Assembly: GCA_965552135.1 (NCBI GenBank)
Contig: CBEVQY010000019.1
Coordinates: 1-51,693, forward strand
DNA: 51,693 nt
Source: an uncultured bacterium
Lineage (GTDB): Bacteria; UBP14; UBA6098; B30-G16
Direction: 5' to 3'
Shown here one piece after another: positions 8,390 to 17,591 of this stretch (within the stretch, counting starts at the first letter, position 1; each line of letters starts with the position of its first letter). The notes beneath the pieces were generated by a model. It did no database searches, was not told the DNA's origin, and was given only the letters and a program-made list of their open reading frames with translations. A program made the translations under genes and the position numbers.

Positions 8390-9060
8390 GTTCCGCCTCC
8401 GAGTTTGCGCAAAGCCTCGCGGGCAGCGACCTGCTCCGCCTCCTTCTTGGTTCTGCCGGCGCCTATGCCAAAAAGCTCGCCGTCAACGAAAACGCCAACC
8501 CTGAAGATCCTCCTGTGCGGGGGACCGTCGTGTCCCAGGAGCTTATACCGCGGCTTCTTGCCGCGGCTTTGCAAAAGCTCCAAAAGCCCGCCCTTGTAGT
8601 TCACAAAGTGAGGCGACCCGAGGAATACATCGGCGTGGGAAAGGAGGGTGCCTTTCACAAACTCCCTTGCGCGCTTAAGCCCTCCGTCGATGTAGATGGC
8701 ACCCACAAGCGCCTCGAAGACATCGGCGAGGACAGAACTTGTGACGGCGTTTTGCTGTGAGCCGTCGGCGATCACGAATCTATCGAGCCCCAAAGTCCGC
8801 GCGAGCTTGGAGAGCGCATCGCTGTTGACCAAAACGCGCCTCATCTCGGTAAGCTCACCCTCCGACGAGTCGGGATAGCTTCTGAAAAGCTCCTCCGCAA
8901 CGATGAAATCCAAAAGCGCGTCGCCTAAAAACTCAAGCCTTTGATACGAAGCTTTGTGCTCGCCTGCAGCCGAAAGGTGCGTGAGCGCACGCTCCAAAAG
9001 ACCCCGATCGCGAAACTTATAGCCAATAAGTCTTTCTACCTCACTCCGCCTTCTGAACAT
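8386..9060 (-). CDS. rnc: Ribonuclease III
   Basis: ALTH.S...YQRLEFLGDA, EGELT, ADVFEALVGAIYIDGG, dsRBD with GPPH and G.TKKEAEQ.AA; likely start ATG 9060. Confidence 0.97.
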   Translation of the reverse strand: MFRRRSEVERLIGYKFRDRGLLERALTHLSAAGEHKASYQRLEFLGDALLDFIVAEELFRSYPDSSEGELTEMRRVLVNSDALSKLARTLGLDRFVIADGSQQNAVTSSVLADVFEALVGAIYIDGGLKRAREFVKGTLLSHADVFLGSPHFVNYKGGLLELLQSRGKKPRYKLLGHDGPPHRRIFRVGVFVDGELFGIGAGRTKKEAEQVAAREALRKLGGGT

Positions 9061-10102
9061 ATCTTTCCCCGCCTGCGGCTTGAAGAAGCTCGAACGGAAA
9101 CGAGGCGACGTCGACCTTCGAAAGCTCAAGCATAAACTTCGCTGCCGCGCAACTGGGGTCGAGAACCGGGTAGTGGTTTGTGCTCTGCTCGAACGAAAGC
9201 ACGTCCAAAGACATGAGGTTCCCCTCGCAATCGAGCTCGACCCAAAGCATAGGGGCGTATCCCCGCGGACCCGAGACGCTTATCCCCCTCCAGGTGCAGA
9301 AGTTTCCGAGGCTGTAGGCGATGGGCTTTCCGTTGTATATCTCCAGCGCTCGGGGTACGTGTGGACCGTGTCCGAAGACGATGTCTGCGCCGGCGTCGAC
9401 GACGGCGTGAGCGAATCGGCGCAGGTCGCCCCGCGCCTCGCCGAGAAACGACTCGCACCCCGCGGGAAGATGCGCGTGCTCCACACCCTCCGCGCCGCCG
9501 TGAAACGTCACAACGACGATGTCGAACGAAGCAGAAAGCGACTCCACAAGCGCCGCAGCACCATCGACGTCGAGGAGGGAGTTCCCGCCGGGAGAGGTCG
9601 AGAAACCAACGACCGCAATCGACACGCCGGAAACCACAAGCGTGGCAAACTCACCACGAAGACCCGTGTGCTCTATCCCCAGCGAATCGAGGATGCGCTT
9701 TGTATCCTCGATCCCCTCGGGTCCGAAGTCATTTGCGTGGTTGTTGGCTATGTTGAGCACATCGAACCCGGCTTCGGCAAGCAAGGGTGCGAGCCCAGGC
9801 GGCATCCTGAAGGCATAGGCTCTTCCGCCGGCAACGTCCTTGACGCAGGTCGATGCATCCGTTATCGGTCCCTCGAGGTTGCCTATTGCGACGTCGGCGC
9901 GGCGCAAAAACGGCGCAGCATACGAAAAAAGCCACCTGCCGCCATCGGGCGGAAGGAGGGTGGAGTCGGGATAGTCGGAGCCGAGCATGATGTCCCCCAC
10001 GAGGGCGAAGCTTATGGGCTGCACGGCATCCTGCCCAACGACCGCCCCCAAAGACAGCGCCCCAAAAGCCACGCACAAAAGCTTTCCCAAAAGCCGGCTC
10101 AT
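9041..10102 (-). CDS. CapA/PGA_cap family exported metallophosphoesterase-like protein
   Basis: Signal peptide; GDIMLG, GNLEG, ANNHANDFG, TFHGGAE, GHGPHV, YSLGNF. Confidence 0.9.
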   Translation of the reverse strand: MSRLLGKLLCVAFGALSLGAVVGQDAVQPISFALVGDIMLGSDYPDSTLLPPDGGRWLFSYAAPFLRRADVAIGNLEGPITDASTCVKDVAGGRAYAFRMPPGLAPLLAEAGFDVLNIANNHANDFGPEGIEDTKRILDSLGIEHTGLRGEFATLVVSGVSIAVVGFSTSPGGNSLLDVDGAAALVESLSASFDIVVVTFHGGAEGVEHAHLPAGCESFLGEARGDLRRFAHAVVDAGADIVFGHGPHVPRALEIYNGKPIAYSLGNFCTWRGISVSGPRGYAPMLWVELDCEGNLMSLDVLSFEQSTNHYPVLDPSCAAAKFMLELSKVDVASFPFELLQAAGGERYVQKAE

Positions 10103-10461
10103 TTCCAGAATATCATCCTTATCGCGGTTGCAAGCAGCGCAACGCCGAAGATTCTGCGCAAGATGCCAGTCGGCAGAGCAGTGGCTATTTTAGCGCCCAA
10201 AAGCCCGCCGAAGAAAAAGCCCAGGCAGACGAAAGCGGCTATCTTGAGGTTAACGTAGCCCTGCCTGTAGTACGTAAGCGCCGCAAGGAGCCCTATGGGC
10301 GGAACCATAAGAGCCAAAGTCGTTCCCTGAGCCTGATGCTGCGAAAGACCGAATATAAAAGCCAGCGCAGGAACGAGTATTATCCCCCCGCCTATGCCCA
10401 AAAGCCCGCTCAGAATGCCCGCCACAAGTCCCAATAGCAGAAAACCTGCCACCTGGAGCAT
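10099..10461 (-). CDS. TauE/SafE family (half-size) membrane transporter
   Basis: GILSGLLGIGGGIILVPAL...QHQAQGTTLA; start ATG 10461 with purine-rich SD. Confidence 0.88.
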   Translation of the reverse strand: MLQVAGFLLLGLVAGILSGLLGIGGGIILVPALAFIFGLSQHQAQGTTLALMVPPIGLLAALTYYRQGYVNLKIAAFVCLGFFFGGLLGAKIATALPTGILRRIFGVALLATAIRMIFWK

Positions 10462-10558
10462 CTCTCTCCCCTCTCTATGATGATCTCCCTCGAAATTCAA
10501 TAAAACCACACAGCGCAAGCTAAATCAAGGGTTAAATGTCGGACGTTTGCGATAGTGT

Positions 10559-10586
10559 TTGACCTTGGGCGCTTCGGGGATAATTT
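10559..10586 (+). promoter_or_regulatory. Sigma70-type promoter of the DASS transporter (leaderless geometry)
   Basis: TTGACC-16 nt-TAATTT, 7 nt before ATG 10594; no SD. Confidence 0.55.
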
Positions 10587-10593
10587 TTGCTAA

Positions 10594-12102
10594 ATGGCCG
10601 TGGACGACGAAAAGCGCAGCGTTGAGATCTTCGGGCGATACGGCTGGGTTTTCCTCGGCATAGCCCTCTTTGTGATCGTCGTCCTTCTCCCCCTGCCGGG
10701 TCTTTCGCGGTCGGGTCGGATAGTTTTGGCGACTGCGGCTTTGATGGCAGTTTGGTGGATGACCGAGGCTGCGCCCATCCCGGCAACGGCGCTTCTGCCC
10801 TTGGTCGTGTTCCCGGCGTTCGGGGTGCTTAGCGCAAAGGAGGCTGCAGCGCCATACGGAAACCACAACATCTTCCTCTTCCTCGGCGGATTCTTCATCG
10901 CCAGAGCGATGGAGCGACACAACCTCCACAGAAGGATCGCCATAAAGATCCTCCTCGCCGTGGGCGTGGGGAGGAGGAAGATAGTTTTGGGCTTTATACT
11001 CGCCACCGCGTTCCTGTCGATGTGGATATCGAACACGGCGTCGACGATGATAATGATCCCGATAGCTCTTGCGGTTTTGGACAAGCTCGGCGAGTCGGAC
11101 ACGTCCTTTGCCAAGGCGCTTTTTCTGGGGATAGCGTACGGCGCCACCTGCGGCGGCATCGCAACCCTGGTGGGAACGCCGCCCAATATCGTCCTTGCGG
11201 GGCAGATGCGAAACCTTTTCCCAAAGGCGCCTCCGTTGACCTTCGCCTCGTGGCTCGCCGTCGGGATGCCCGTGACCGTGACGCTTATACCCATCGTTTG
11301 GCTCGTTTTGACCAGGGTAGCCTTCCGCGTCGAACCCGGAGCCGCAGTTGGAAAGGAAGTTCTCCTGGCGGAGAGGCGCACGCTGGGTCGTATGTCGCGC
11401 GAGGAGAAGGCGGTCTTCGCCGTATTCGCCCTGGTCGTTTTGGGCTGGATCTTCCGCAGGGACCTGAACCTCGGCTTTATCACCATCCCCGGCTGGAGCA
11501 CCGCTTTGGGCGTCGGCAGGTATGTTGGTGATGCCACAGTTGCGATCGCAGGCGCCCTGCTTTTGTTCCTCCTGCCGGCGCGCGGCGGCGGAAGGGTGCT
11601 CGAATGGCGAACGGCGGCGAAGATCCCGTGGGGGATAGTCCTCCTCTTCGGCGGCGGCTTCTCGCTGGCAAAAGCGTTTGGGGCATCGGGGCTTTCGAGA
11701 TGGGTCGGAGAGCTTCTTGCCGGGCTCGGAAACCTGCCGCTCCCGCTTCTGGTGCTGCTTGTAACGACGACACTGGCGATGCTTACGGAGTTCACCTCCA
11801 ACACCGCTACGGCGACTCTTATGATACCCATCCTCGCCTCCGCCGCCGTCGGGATGAAGCTCGACCCGAGGCTCCTTATGTTCCCCACAACGCTTGCCGT
11901 CTCGTGTGCGTTCATGCTTCCTGTGGCGACGCCGCCAAACGCCATTGTGTTCGCGTCGGGCAAGCTCGCGGTGAAGGACATGGTCAGGGCTGGAATCTTT
12001 ATGAACCTTGCGGGGATCGTCCTGATAACGGCTTTCACATGCCTTCTGGTGGCGCCGCTTTTGGGGCTAAAAGCCGGCGTCCTGCCGCCGTGGGCGCAGT
12101 AG
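10594..12102 (+). CDS. SLC13/DASS family Na+/di-tricarboxylate (or sulfate) symporter
   Basis: WWMTEA.P, NLHRRIA, SMWISNTA, GTPPN, TEFTSNTAT, FMLPVATPPNA. Confidence 0.95.
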   Translation: MAVDDEKRSVEIFGRYGWVFLGIALFVIVVLLPLPGLSRSGRIVLATAALMAVWWMTEAAPIPATALLPLVVFPAFGVLSAKEAAAPYGNHNIFLFLGGFFIARAMERHNLHRRIAIKILLAVGVGRRKIVLGFILATAFLSMWISNTASTMIMIPIALAVLDKLGESDTSFAKALFLGIAYGATCGGIATLVGTPPNIVLAGQMRNLFPKAPPLTFASWLAVGMPVTVTLIPIVWLVLTRVAFRVEPGAAVGKEVLLAERRTLGRMSREEKAVFAVFALVVLGWIFRRDLNLGFITIPGWSTALGVGRYVGDATVAIAGALLLFLLPARGGGRVLEWRTAAKIPWGIVLLFGGGFSLAKAFGASGLSRWVGELLAGLGNLPLPLLVLLVTTTLAMLTEFTSNTATATLMIPILASAAVGMKLDPRLLMFPTTLAVSCAFMLPVATPPNAIVFASGKLAVKDMVRAGIFMNLAGIVLITAFTCLLVAPLLGLKAGVLPPWAQ

Positions 12103-13045
12103 AGGAAATAAGATCCTCCACCCTCTCGAGATCATCCGCGATCTGCGCCGCAAGCGCCTCGGGCGAGGGAAACCTCACCTCACTGCGCACAAAAGCCATT
12201 ATCTCGAGTGCAATGCGCTTGCCGTAAAGGCGCTCTCCACCGAAGCCGAGCAGATGAGCCTCTAAGGTTCTCCTCCCCGCTCCGAAGGTTGGCGCGCTGC
12301 CTATGTACAAAGCGGCGGGGAATGGCTCTTCATCGGGCATAAGGACAGCCCACGCGGCGTAGACGCCGTTGGGCGGCAAAAGCTTGCCCGGGGGAACGTC
12401 GACGTTGGCGGTGGGATAGCCTATGCGTCTTCCCAAGCCCCTGCCAGGAACGATTCTGCCCAAAACAAGATAGGGATGCCCCAAAAGCCTGCCTGCCTCA
12501 TCCACCTTTCCCTCCGATATGAGCCTTCTTATCGTGCTGCTTTTGGCGACGATCCCTCCAACCTCAACGGGCGGGACGACAACGACGTCGAACCCAAGCT
12601 CCTCCCCCAACGCCCTGAGCGATTCGACGTTGCCCCTGCGCCCCTTGCCAAAGTGGTGGTCGTAGCCCACAACGACGACCTTCGCCCCAAGCGATCCAAC
12701 GATGAAGTCGGAGACGAAGCGCCTGTGGGACATCTCAGCTATTGCCTTGGTGAACCTTATGTGCACAACGCAGCTGGCGCCGATGCGTCTGAGGAGAAGC
12801 TCTCGCTCCTGGGGGGTCGTAAGCAGGTCGACCCTCTGGCCGAGCACGATGCGCGGGTGTGGGTCGAACGCAACGACCACAGGGGGCAGATGGCGCTCCT
12901 CGCCTATCCGCACGACCTCCTCGACAAGCGCCCTGTGCCCGAGGTGGATGCCGTCGAAGCTGCCAACGGTTACAGCCGCGCCCTCAAAAAGCCTTCGCCG
13001 CGGAAGATCAAGCCACAGGGAGCGTATTTCCCGAAAGGGATGCAT
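12035..13045 (-). CDS. ribF: Bifunctional riboflavin kinase / FAD synthetase
   Basis: G.FDGIHLGH, FDPHP, VGYDHHFG, SSTIR, GR.IGYPTAN, NGVY, EAHLL. Confidence 0.96.
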   Translation of the reverse strand: MHPFREIRSLWLDLPRRRLFEGAAVTVGSFDGIHLGHRALVEEVVRIGEERHLPPVVVAFDPHPRIVLGQRVDLLTTPQERELLLRRIGASCVVHIRFTKAIAEMSHRRFVSDFIVGSLGAKVVVVGYDHHFGKGRRGNVESLRALGEELGFDVVVVPPVEVGGIVAKSSTIRRLISEGKVDEAGRLLGHPYLVLGRIVPGRGLGRRIGYPTANVDVPPGKLLPPNGVYAAWAVLMPDEEPFPAALYIGSAPTFGAGRRTLEAHLLGFGGERLYGKRIALEIMAFVRSEVRFPSPEALAAQIADDLERVEDLISSTAPTAAGRRLLAPKAAPPEGM

Positions 13046-13054
13046 GGCGCACCA

Positions 13055-13282
13055 TCACCCTTCGCCCCCGCCACGGCGAACGTCGTCGATGTAGCGCGAA
13101 AGCTCCTCAACAAGCGAGTCGATATCCTCTATCCCCTTCCTGCGCGCTTGCTCCGCCAACGTTCCCCAGGCAGGCTCCCCGCACACAAAGCAAACTATCC
13201 CCCGTCTCGAAAGAAACCCCACAGCCTCAGGATACCTCTCCACAAGCTCCTCTATCGTCATTTCGGCGCTTACATCTGCCAT
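13055..13282 (-). CDS. DUF1858-like small CxxC protein (hybrid-cluster-associated redox disulfide domain)
   Basis: MTIEELVERYPEAVGFL...GIVCFVC...TL...GI..D.LVEEL. Confidence 0.8.
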   Translation of the reverse strand: MADVSAEMTIEELVERYPEAVGFLSRRGIVCFVCGEPAWGTLAEQARRKGIEDIDSLVEELSRYIDDVRRGGGEG

Positions 13283-13290
13283 AGCTTTTT

Positions 13291-13319
13291 AAATTAAAAC
13301 CGATTCAGCGAACAATCAA
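13291..13319 (-). promoter_or_regulatory. Sigma70-type promoter of DUF1858-ribF (near-leaderless)
   Basis: TTGATT-17 nt-TAATTT, 8 nt before ATG 13282. Confidence 0.5.
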
Positions 13320-13348
13320 GAGCGGTTTGCGAAACGGTAAAAAATAGC

Positions 13349-13377
13349 TTGAGAAACGGGAGGAATTGTTTTACTTT
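13349..13377 (+). promoter_or_regulatory. Sigma70-type promoter of the mutase operon
   Basis: TTGAGA-17 nt-TACTTT, overlapped and followed by palindrome TTTTTCGCGAAAAA (13376-13389); SD GGGAGG before ATG 13410. Confidence 0.5.
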
Positions 13378-13409
13378 TTTCGCGAAAAAGCAAGAGGCAG
13401 GGAGGGAAG

Positions 13410-15074
13410 ATGTTCAAGGAGGAGGCGCTGAAGCGTGTTGAGGATAAGAAGCGCGAATGGGACGAAAAGTACAACGAAAGCCCCAAGCGGGACTTCAAGT
13501 TTACGTCGGTATCGGGCAGAAAGGTCAAGCCCATCTACACGCCGCTTGACCTGAAGGACTGGGATTACAACGAGAAGCTTGGCTTTCCCGGGGAGTATCC
13601 CTTCACGCGCGGCGTGTACACGACGATGTACCGCGGCAGGCTTTGGACGATGCGGCAGTTCTCAGGCTTCGGCACGCCAAAGCAGACGAACGAGCGCTAC
13701 CACTACCTCCTCAAGCACGGGCAGACCGGGCTTTCTGTGGCTTTCGACATGCCGACCCTTATGGGATACGACTCCGACCATCCCTTCTCGCGCGGCGAGG
13801 TCGGCAGGTGCGGCGTCGCCGTCGACTCGCTCAGGGACATGGAGATCATATTCGACGGCATCCCCCTCGACAAGGTCTCCACCTCGATGACGATAAACGC
13901 CCCCGCGGCGGTTCTGCTCGCGATGTACATCGCCGTGGGCGAAAAACAAGGGGTTCCGCAGCACCTCCTCAGGGGAACGATACAAAACGACATCCTCAAA
14001 GAGTACATCGCCCAGAAGGAGTGGATCTTCCCGCCGGAGCCGTCGATAAGGCTCATAGTCGACACGATAGAGTACTGCACGAAGTACGTTCCGAAGTGGA
14101 ACACGATATCGATATCGGGCTATCACATACGCGAGGCAGGCGCGACGGCGGTGCAGGAGCTTGCCTTCACCCTCGCCGACGGCTTCACGTACGTCGAAGC
14201 CTGCCTTGAGCGCGGTCTCGACATCGACGACTTTGCGCCAAGGCTGTCGTTCTTCTTCAACTCCCACCTCGACTTCTTCGAGGAGATCGCCAAGTTCCGC
14301 GCGGCGAGGCGGATCTGGGCGAGGTACATGAGGGAGAAGTACGGCGCCAAAAACCCGCGTTCGTGGCTTATGCGCTTCCACACGCAGACCGCGGGCTGCA
14401 GCCTGACCGCCCAACAGCCCGAAAACAACATCGTCCGGACGGCGTACGAGGCGCTGGCGGCGGTCCTGGGCGGAACACAAAGCCTGCACACAAACTCCAT
14501 GGACGAAACCTACGCCCTCCCAACGGAGTACGCCGTCAAAATCGCCCTGAGAACGCAGCAGATACTCGCCTACGAGATAGGCGTTGCAAACGTCATCGAC
14601 CCCCTCGCAGGATCCTACTACGTCGAGGCGCTCACCGACAAGATGGAGCAGGAGGCGGAGGAGTACTTCCGCGAGATCGAGCGCCGAGGCGGAGTGCTGA
14701 AGTGCATCGAAGAGGGATACTTCCAGCGCGAAATCGCTAAGGCTGCATACGAATACCAAAAGGCGATCGAAAACGGGGAGAAGATCGTCATCGGCGTAAA
14801 CAAGTTCGTGGAGGATGAGGAGCTTCGCATACCGATCCTCAAGATAGACGAGAGCGTGGAGCGCGAGCAGGTCGAGGCGCTGCAGAAGCTCAAAAAGGAG
14901 CGCGACAACTACGCCGTTCAAAAAAGCCTCGATGCGCTGCGCAAAGCCGCCGAGGGAACCGAAAACCTTATGCCCTACATCCTCGAGTGCGTGCGAAACT
15001 ACGCCACCGAAGGCGAAATATGCGATGCACTAAGGGACGTCTTCGGCGAATACGAGGAGAAGGTGGTGCTCTGA
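13410..15074 (+). CDS. Adenosylcobalamin-dependent acyl-CoA mutase, large (substrate-binding) subunit; isobutyryl-CoA mutase-type active site
   Basis: [56 protein letters not shown]; no B12 domain (split enzyme). Confidence 0.93.
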   Translation: MFKEEALKRVEDKKREWDEKYNESPKRDFKFTSVSGRKVKPIYTPLDLKDWDYNEKLGFPGEYPFTRGVYTTMYRGRLWTMRQFSGFGTPKQTNERYHYLLKHGQTGLSVAFDMPTLMGYDSDHPFSRGEVGRCGVAVDSLRDMEIIFDGIPLDKVSTSMTINAPAAVLLAMYIAVGEKQGVPQHLLRGTIQNDILKEYIAQKEWIFPPEPSIRLIVDTIEYCTKYVPKWNTISISGYHIREAGATAVQELAFTLADGFTYVEACLERGLDIDDFAPRLSFFFNSHLDFFEEIAKFRAARRIWARYMREKYGAKNPRSWLMRFHTQTAGCSLTAQQPENNIVRTAYEALAAVLGGTQSLHTNSMDETYALPTEYAVKIALRTQQILAYEIGVANVIDPLAGSYYVEALTDKMEQEAEEYFREIERRGGVLKCIEEGYFQREIAKAAYEYQKAIENGEKIVIGVNKFVEDEELRIPILKIDESVEREQVEALQKLKKERDNYAVQKSLDALRKAAEGTENLMPYILECVRNYATEGEICDALRDVFGEYEEKVVL

Positions 15075-15102
15075 AGGGCGGTGTTGGAAAGGAGGTCAGA
15101 AG

Positions 15103-15531
15103 GTGGAGCGGAGGATAAGGGTTCTTTTGGCAAAGCCGGGCTTAGACGGTCACGACAGGGGGATCAAGGTCGTCGCCAACGCCCTGCGCGACGCGGGGAT
15201 CGAGGTGATATACGCCGGTCTTCGCCAAACCCCCGAAATGATCGTAAACGCGGCGATTCAGGAGGACGTTGACGCCATCGGTCTCAGCATCCTCTCGGGC
15301 GCACACATGACCCTTTTCCCCGCCGTGCTCGAGCTCCTCAAAAAGAAAGGCGCAGACGATATCCTCCTCTTCGGCGGCGGTATCATCCCAAAGGAGGACA
15401 TCGAAAAGCTCAACGCCATGGGCGTTGGGAGGCTTTTTACGCCGGGAACGCCGACGGATGAGATCGTGGAGTACATCAAGGCGGAGGTAGCCCGCCGCAG
15501 AGAGGCGAAGAAAGCGAAAGGAGAGGTGTAG
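15103..15531 (+). CDS. Cobalamin-binding small subunit of acyl-CoA mutase
   Basis: GLDGHDRG (DxHxxG), [15 protein letters not shown]. Confidence 0.95.
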   Translation: MERRIRVLLAKPGLDGHDRGIKVVANALRDAGIEVIYAGLRQTPEMIVNAAIQEDVDAIGLSILSGAHMTLFPAVLELLKKKGADDILLFGGGIIPKEDIEKLNAMGVGRLFTPGTPTDEIVEYIKAEVARRREAKKAKGEV

Positions 15532-16395
15532 ATGGTCGAGGTAAAGAGCGCCCCTCTGGGCAGCTTCAGGCTTTTCTTCCTCCACGACGGCGAGTTCTGG
15601 CTCGACGGCGGAGGGTATTTCGGCGTCGTGCCGAAGGTCATCTGGAGCAAGCTCGTCACCCCCGACGAGAAAAACCGCGTCGTCCTCAAGTCCAACCCGA
15701 TGCTTATAAAGACCCCCTCCCACAACGTCCTCGTCGACCCGGGGCTCGGGAACAAGTACACCGAAAAGCAAAAGAAGATCTGGAAGATAAAAAACGAGCC
15801 CTCGGTCGTTGAATCTCTTGCCGCCATAGGTCTTACGCCCGACGATATCGACGTCGTCGTCCTCACGCACCTGCACTTCGACCACTCCGGCGCCTGCACG
15901 AGGTTCGACGAGGCGGGCAGGGTCGTGCCGACCTTCCGCAGGGCGAAGCACTTCATCCAGAGGGGCGAGTGGGAAGACGCCACGCACCCCGACGAGCGGA
16001 CGAAGGGAACCTATTTCCTCGAGAACTACGTTCCGCTGCAGGAGGCCGGGCTTGTGGAGTTCCTCGACGGCGATGCGGAGATCGTGCCGGGGGTAAGCGT
16101 TGTGGTGACCGGCGGACACACAAAGCACCACCAGATAATCTTCGCGCGCTCGCAGGGAAAGACGGCGGTATACCTCGGCGGAATCGTCTCGTCGGTCAAC
16201 CACATAAAGATAGCCTACACGATGGCGTTCGACCTCTACCCCGTCGAGGTTATGGAGTGGCGGCGCAAGCTGTATCCAAAAGCCATCGAGGAGAACTGGA
16301 TCATCTGCCTCGAACACGACCCCCAATATCCCGCAATCTACATAAGGCGCGGAGAAAAGGATTACACGTTCGAGCCATACAACTTTGGGGAGTAG
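15532..16395 (+). CDS. MBL-fold metallo-hydrolase (YtnP-like)
   Basis: LDGG..FGVVPK..W, THLHFDHSG (HxHxDH), GGHT.HH, EHDP. Confidence 0.9.
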   Translation: MVEVKSAPLGSFRLFFLHDGEFWLDGGGYFGVVPKVIWSKLVTPDEKNRVVLKSNPMLIKTPSHNVLVDPGLGNKYTEKQKKIWKIKNEPSVVESLAAIGLTPDDIDVVVLTHLHFDHSGACTRFDEAGRVVPTFRRAKHFIQRGEWEDATHPDERTKGTYFLENYVPLQEAGLVEFLDGDAEIVPGVSVVVTGGHTKHHQIIFARSQGKTAVYLGGIVSSVNHIKIAYTMAFDLYPVEVMEWRRKLYPKAIEENWIICLEHDPQYPAIYIRRGEKDYTFEPYNFGE

Positions 16396-16399
16396 CACG

Positions 16400-17527
16400 A
16401 TGAGCATAGCCGTTGTCAAGGAGCACAAGCTTTTGGGATGCATTCAGTGCGGTCGCTGCGCCGCAGGATGCCCGATCTCACTCAGAACGACGCTGAACTC
16501 CCGAAAGCTCATCTACCAGGCGCTCCTTTCGCCCAAAAAGCTTCCGAAGTCGCAGGATATATGGTGCTGCACGACCTGTCTTACGTGTCAATCCCGCTGC
16601 CCGAAGGGCGTGGAGATAATGGACTTTATAATTTCGCTTCGCAGCTTTCAGATAGAGCGCGGCAGGATAGCGCCTACGGCGCGGGATGCGCTCGAAAGCA
16701 TCCTCAAGCACGGCAACCCGTGGCAGCGCGCCCGCGAAAAAAGAACCGAATGGATAGGCGACCTCCCCGTTCGCATCCTCAACGAGGGGGAGAGTGTCGA
16801 CACGCTGCTTTTCGTGGGCTGCACGCCCGCCTACGACCCACGCGTCCAGAAAGTGGCGAGGGCGCTGGCGAAAATACTCCTGCAGGCAAAAGTCGACTTC
16901 GCCATCACCGGAACGAAGGAATCGTGCTGCGGAAACGAGGTAAAGCGAATGGGCGAAGTCGGGCTCTTCGAGATGCTCGTCGAGGAAAACAAAGAAACGT
17001 TTTCGAAGCTAAGCTTCAACCGCATAGTGACCATCTCGCCCCACTGCTACAACACGCTGAAAAACGAGTACGACCTCGACGTCGAGGTCCTCCACTACAC
17101 GCAGCTCCTCGAGGAGCTTATAAGATCAGGGGCGCTTAGGCTCGAAAGGAGCGTGAAGGAGAGGGTCATCTACCACGATCCCTGCTTTTTGGGCAAGCAG
17201 AACGGCATTTACGATGCCCCGCGGTTCGTTCTGGAGCAGGTTCTCGACGGAGGGCTTTTGGAGTACGACCGCCGCAGGGAGCGTAGTCTGTGCTGCGAGG
17301 GCGGCGGCGGCAGGATGTGGATCGAGGTGGAGTCGGATCAGCCGCGGACGGCGGAGGAGCGCGTTGAGGACGCCGCCCAGCGAGGCGCACAGATCATCGC
17401 AACCGCATGCCCCTTCTGCCTCCTCACCCTCGACGACGCAACGAAAACAACAGGGCTTGAGGAAAAGGTAAAGGTCGTCGACATAGCTTGCCTCCTGACG
17501 GGCGATTGGATGGAGGAGACGGAGTAA
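16400..17527 (+). CDS. HdrD/GlpC-like Fe-S oxidoreductase (2x[4Fe-4S] plus two CCG domains)
   Basis: CIQCGRCAAGCP, CTTCLTCQSRCP, FVGC, ESCCG, SPHC, YHDPCFLG, LCCEGGG, TACPFC; start ATG 16400. Confidence 0.9.
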   Translation: MSIAVVKEHKLLGCIQCGRCAAGCPISLRTTLNSRKLIYQALLSPKKLPKSQDIWCCTTCLTCQSRCPKGVEIMDFIISLRSFQIERGRIAPTARDALESILKHGNPWQRAREKRTEWIGDLPVRILNEGESVDTLLFVGCTPAYDPRVQKVARALAKILLQAKVDFAITGTKESCCGNEVKRMGEVGLFEMLVEENKETFSKLSFNRIVTISPHCYNTLKNEYDLDVEVLHYTQLLEELIRSGALRLERSVKERVIYHDPCFLGKQNGIYDAPRFVLEQVLDGGLLEYDRRRERSLCCEGGGGRMWIEVESDQPRTAEERVEDAAQRGAQIIATACPFCLLTLDDATKTTGLEEKVKVVDIACLLTGDWMEETE

Positions 17528-17591
17528 AAAGCTCGCAATCCCGTTTTTCTGCTTGCTGCTGGAGAAGGCATCGAGACTTTATCCCATCAAT

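Noticed and set aside
9041..10102. Poly-gamma-glutamate capsule locus
   Set aside because: Only a CapA-domain gene is present, with no capB/capC. Lone CapA-family genes are common.
13283..13409. Cobalamin riboswitch (mutase) or FMN riboswitch (ribF)
   Set aside because: The 127-nt gap is occupied by two divergent promoters; no B12-box or RFN consensus is visible.
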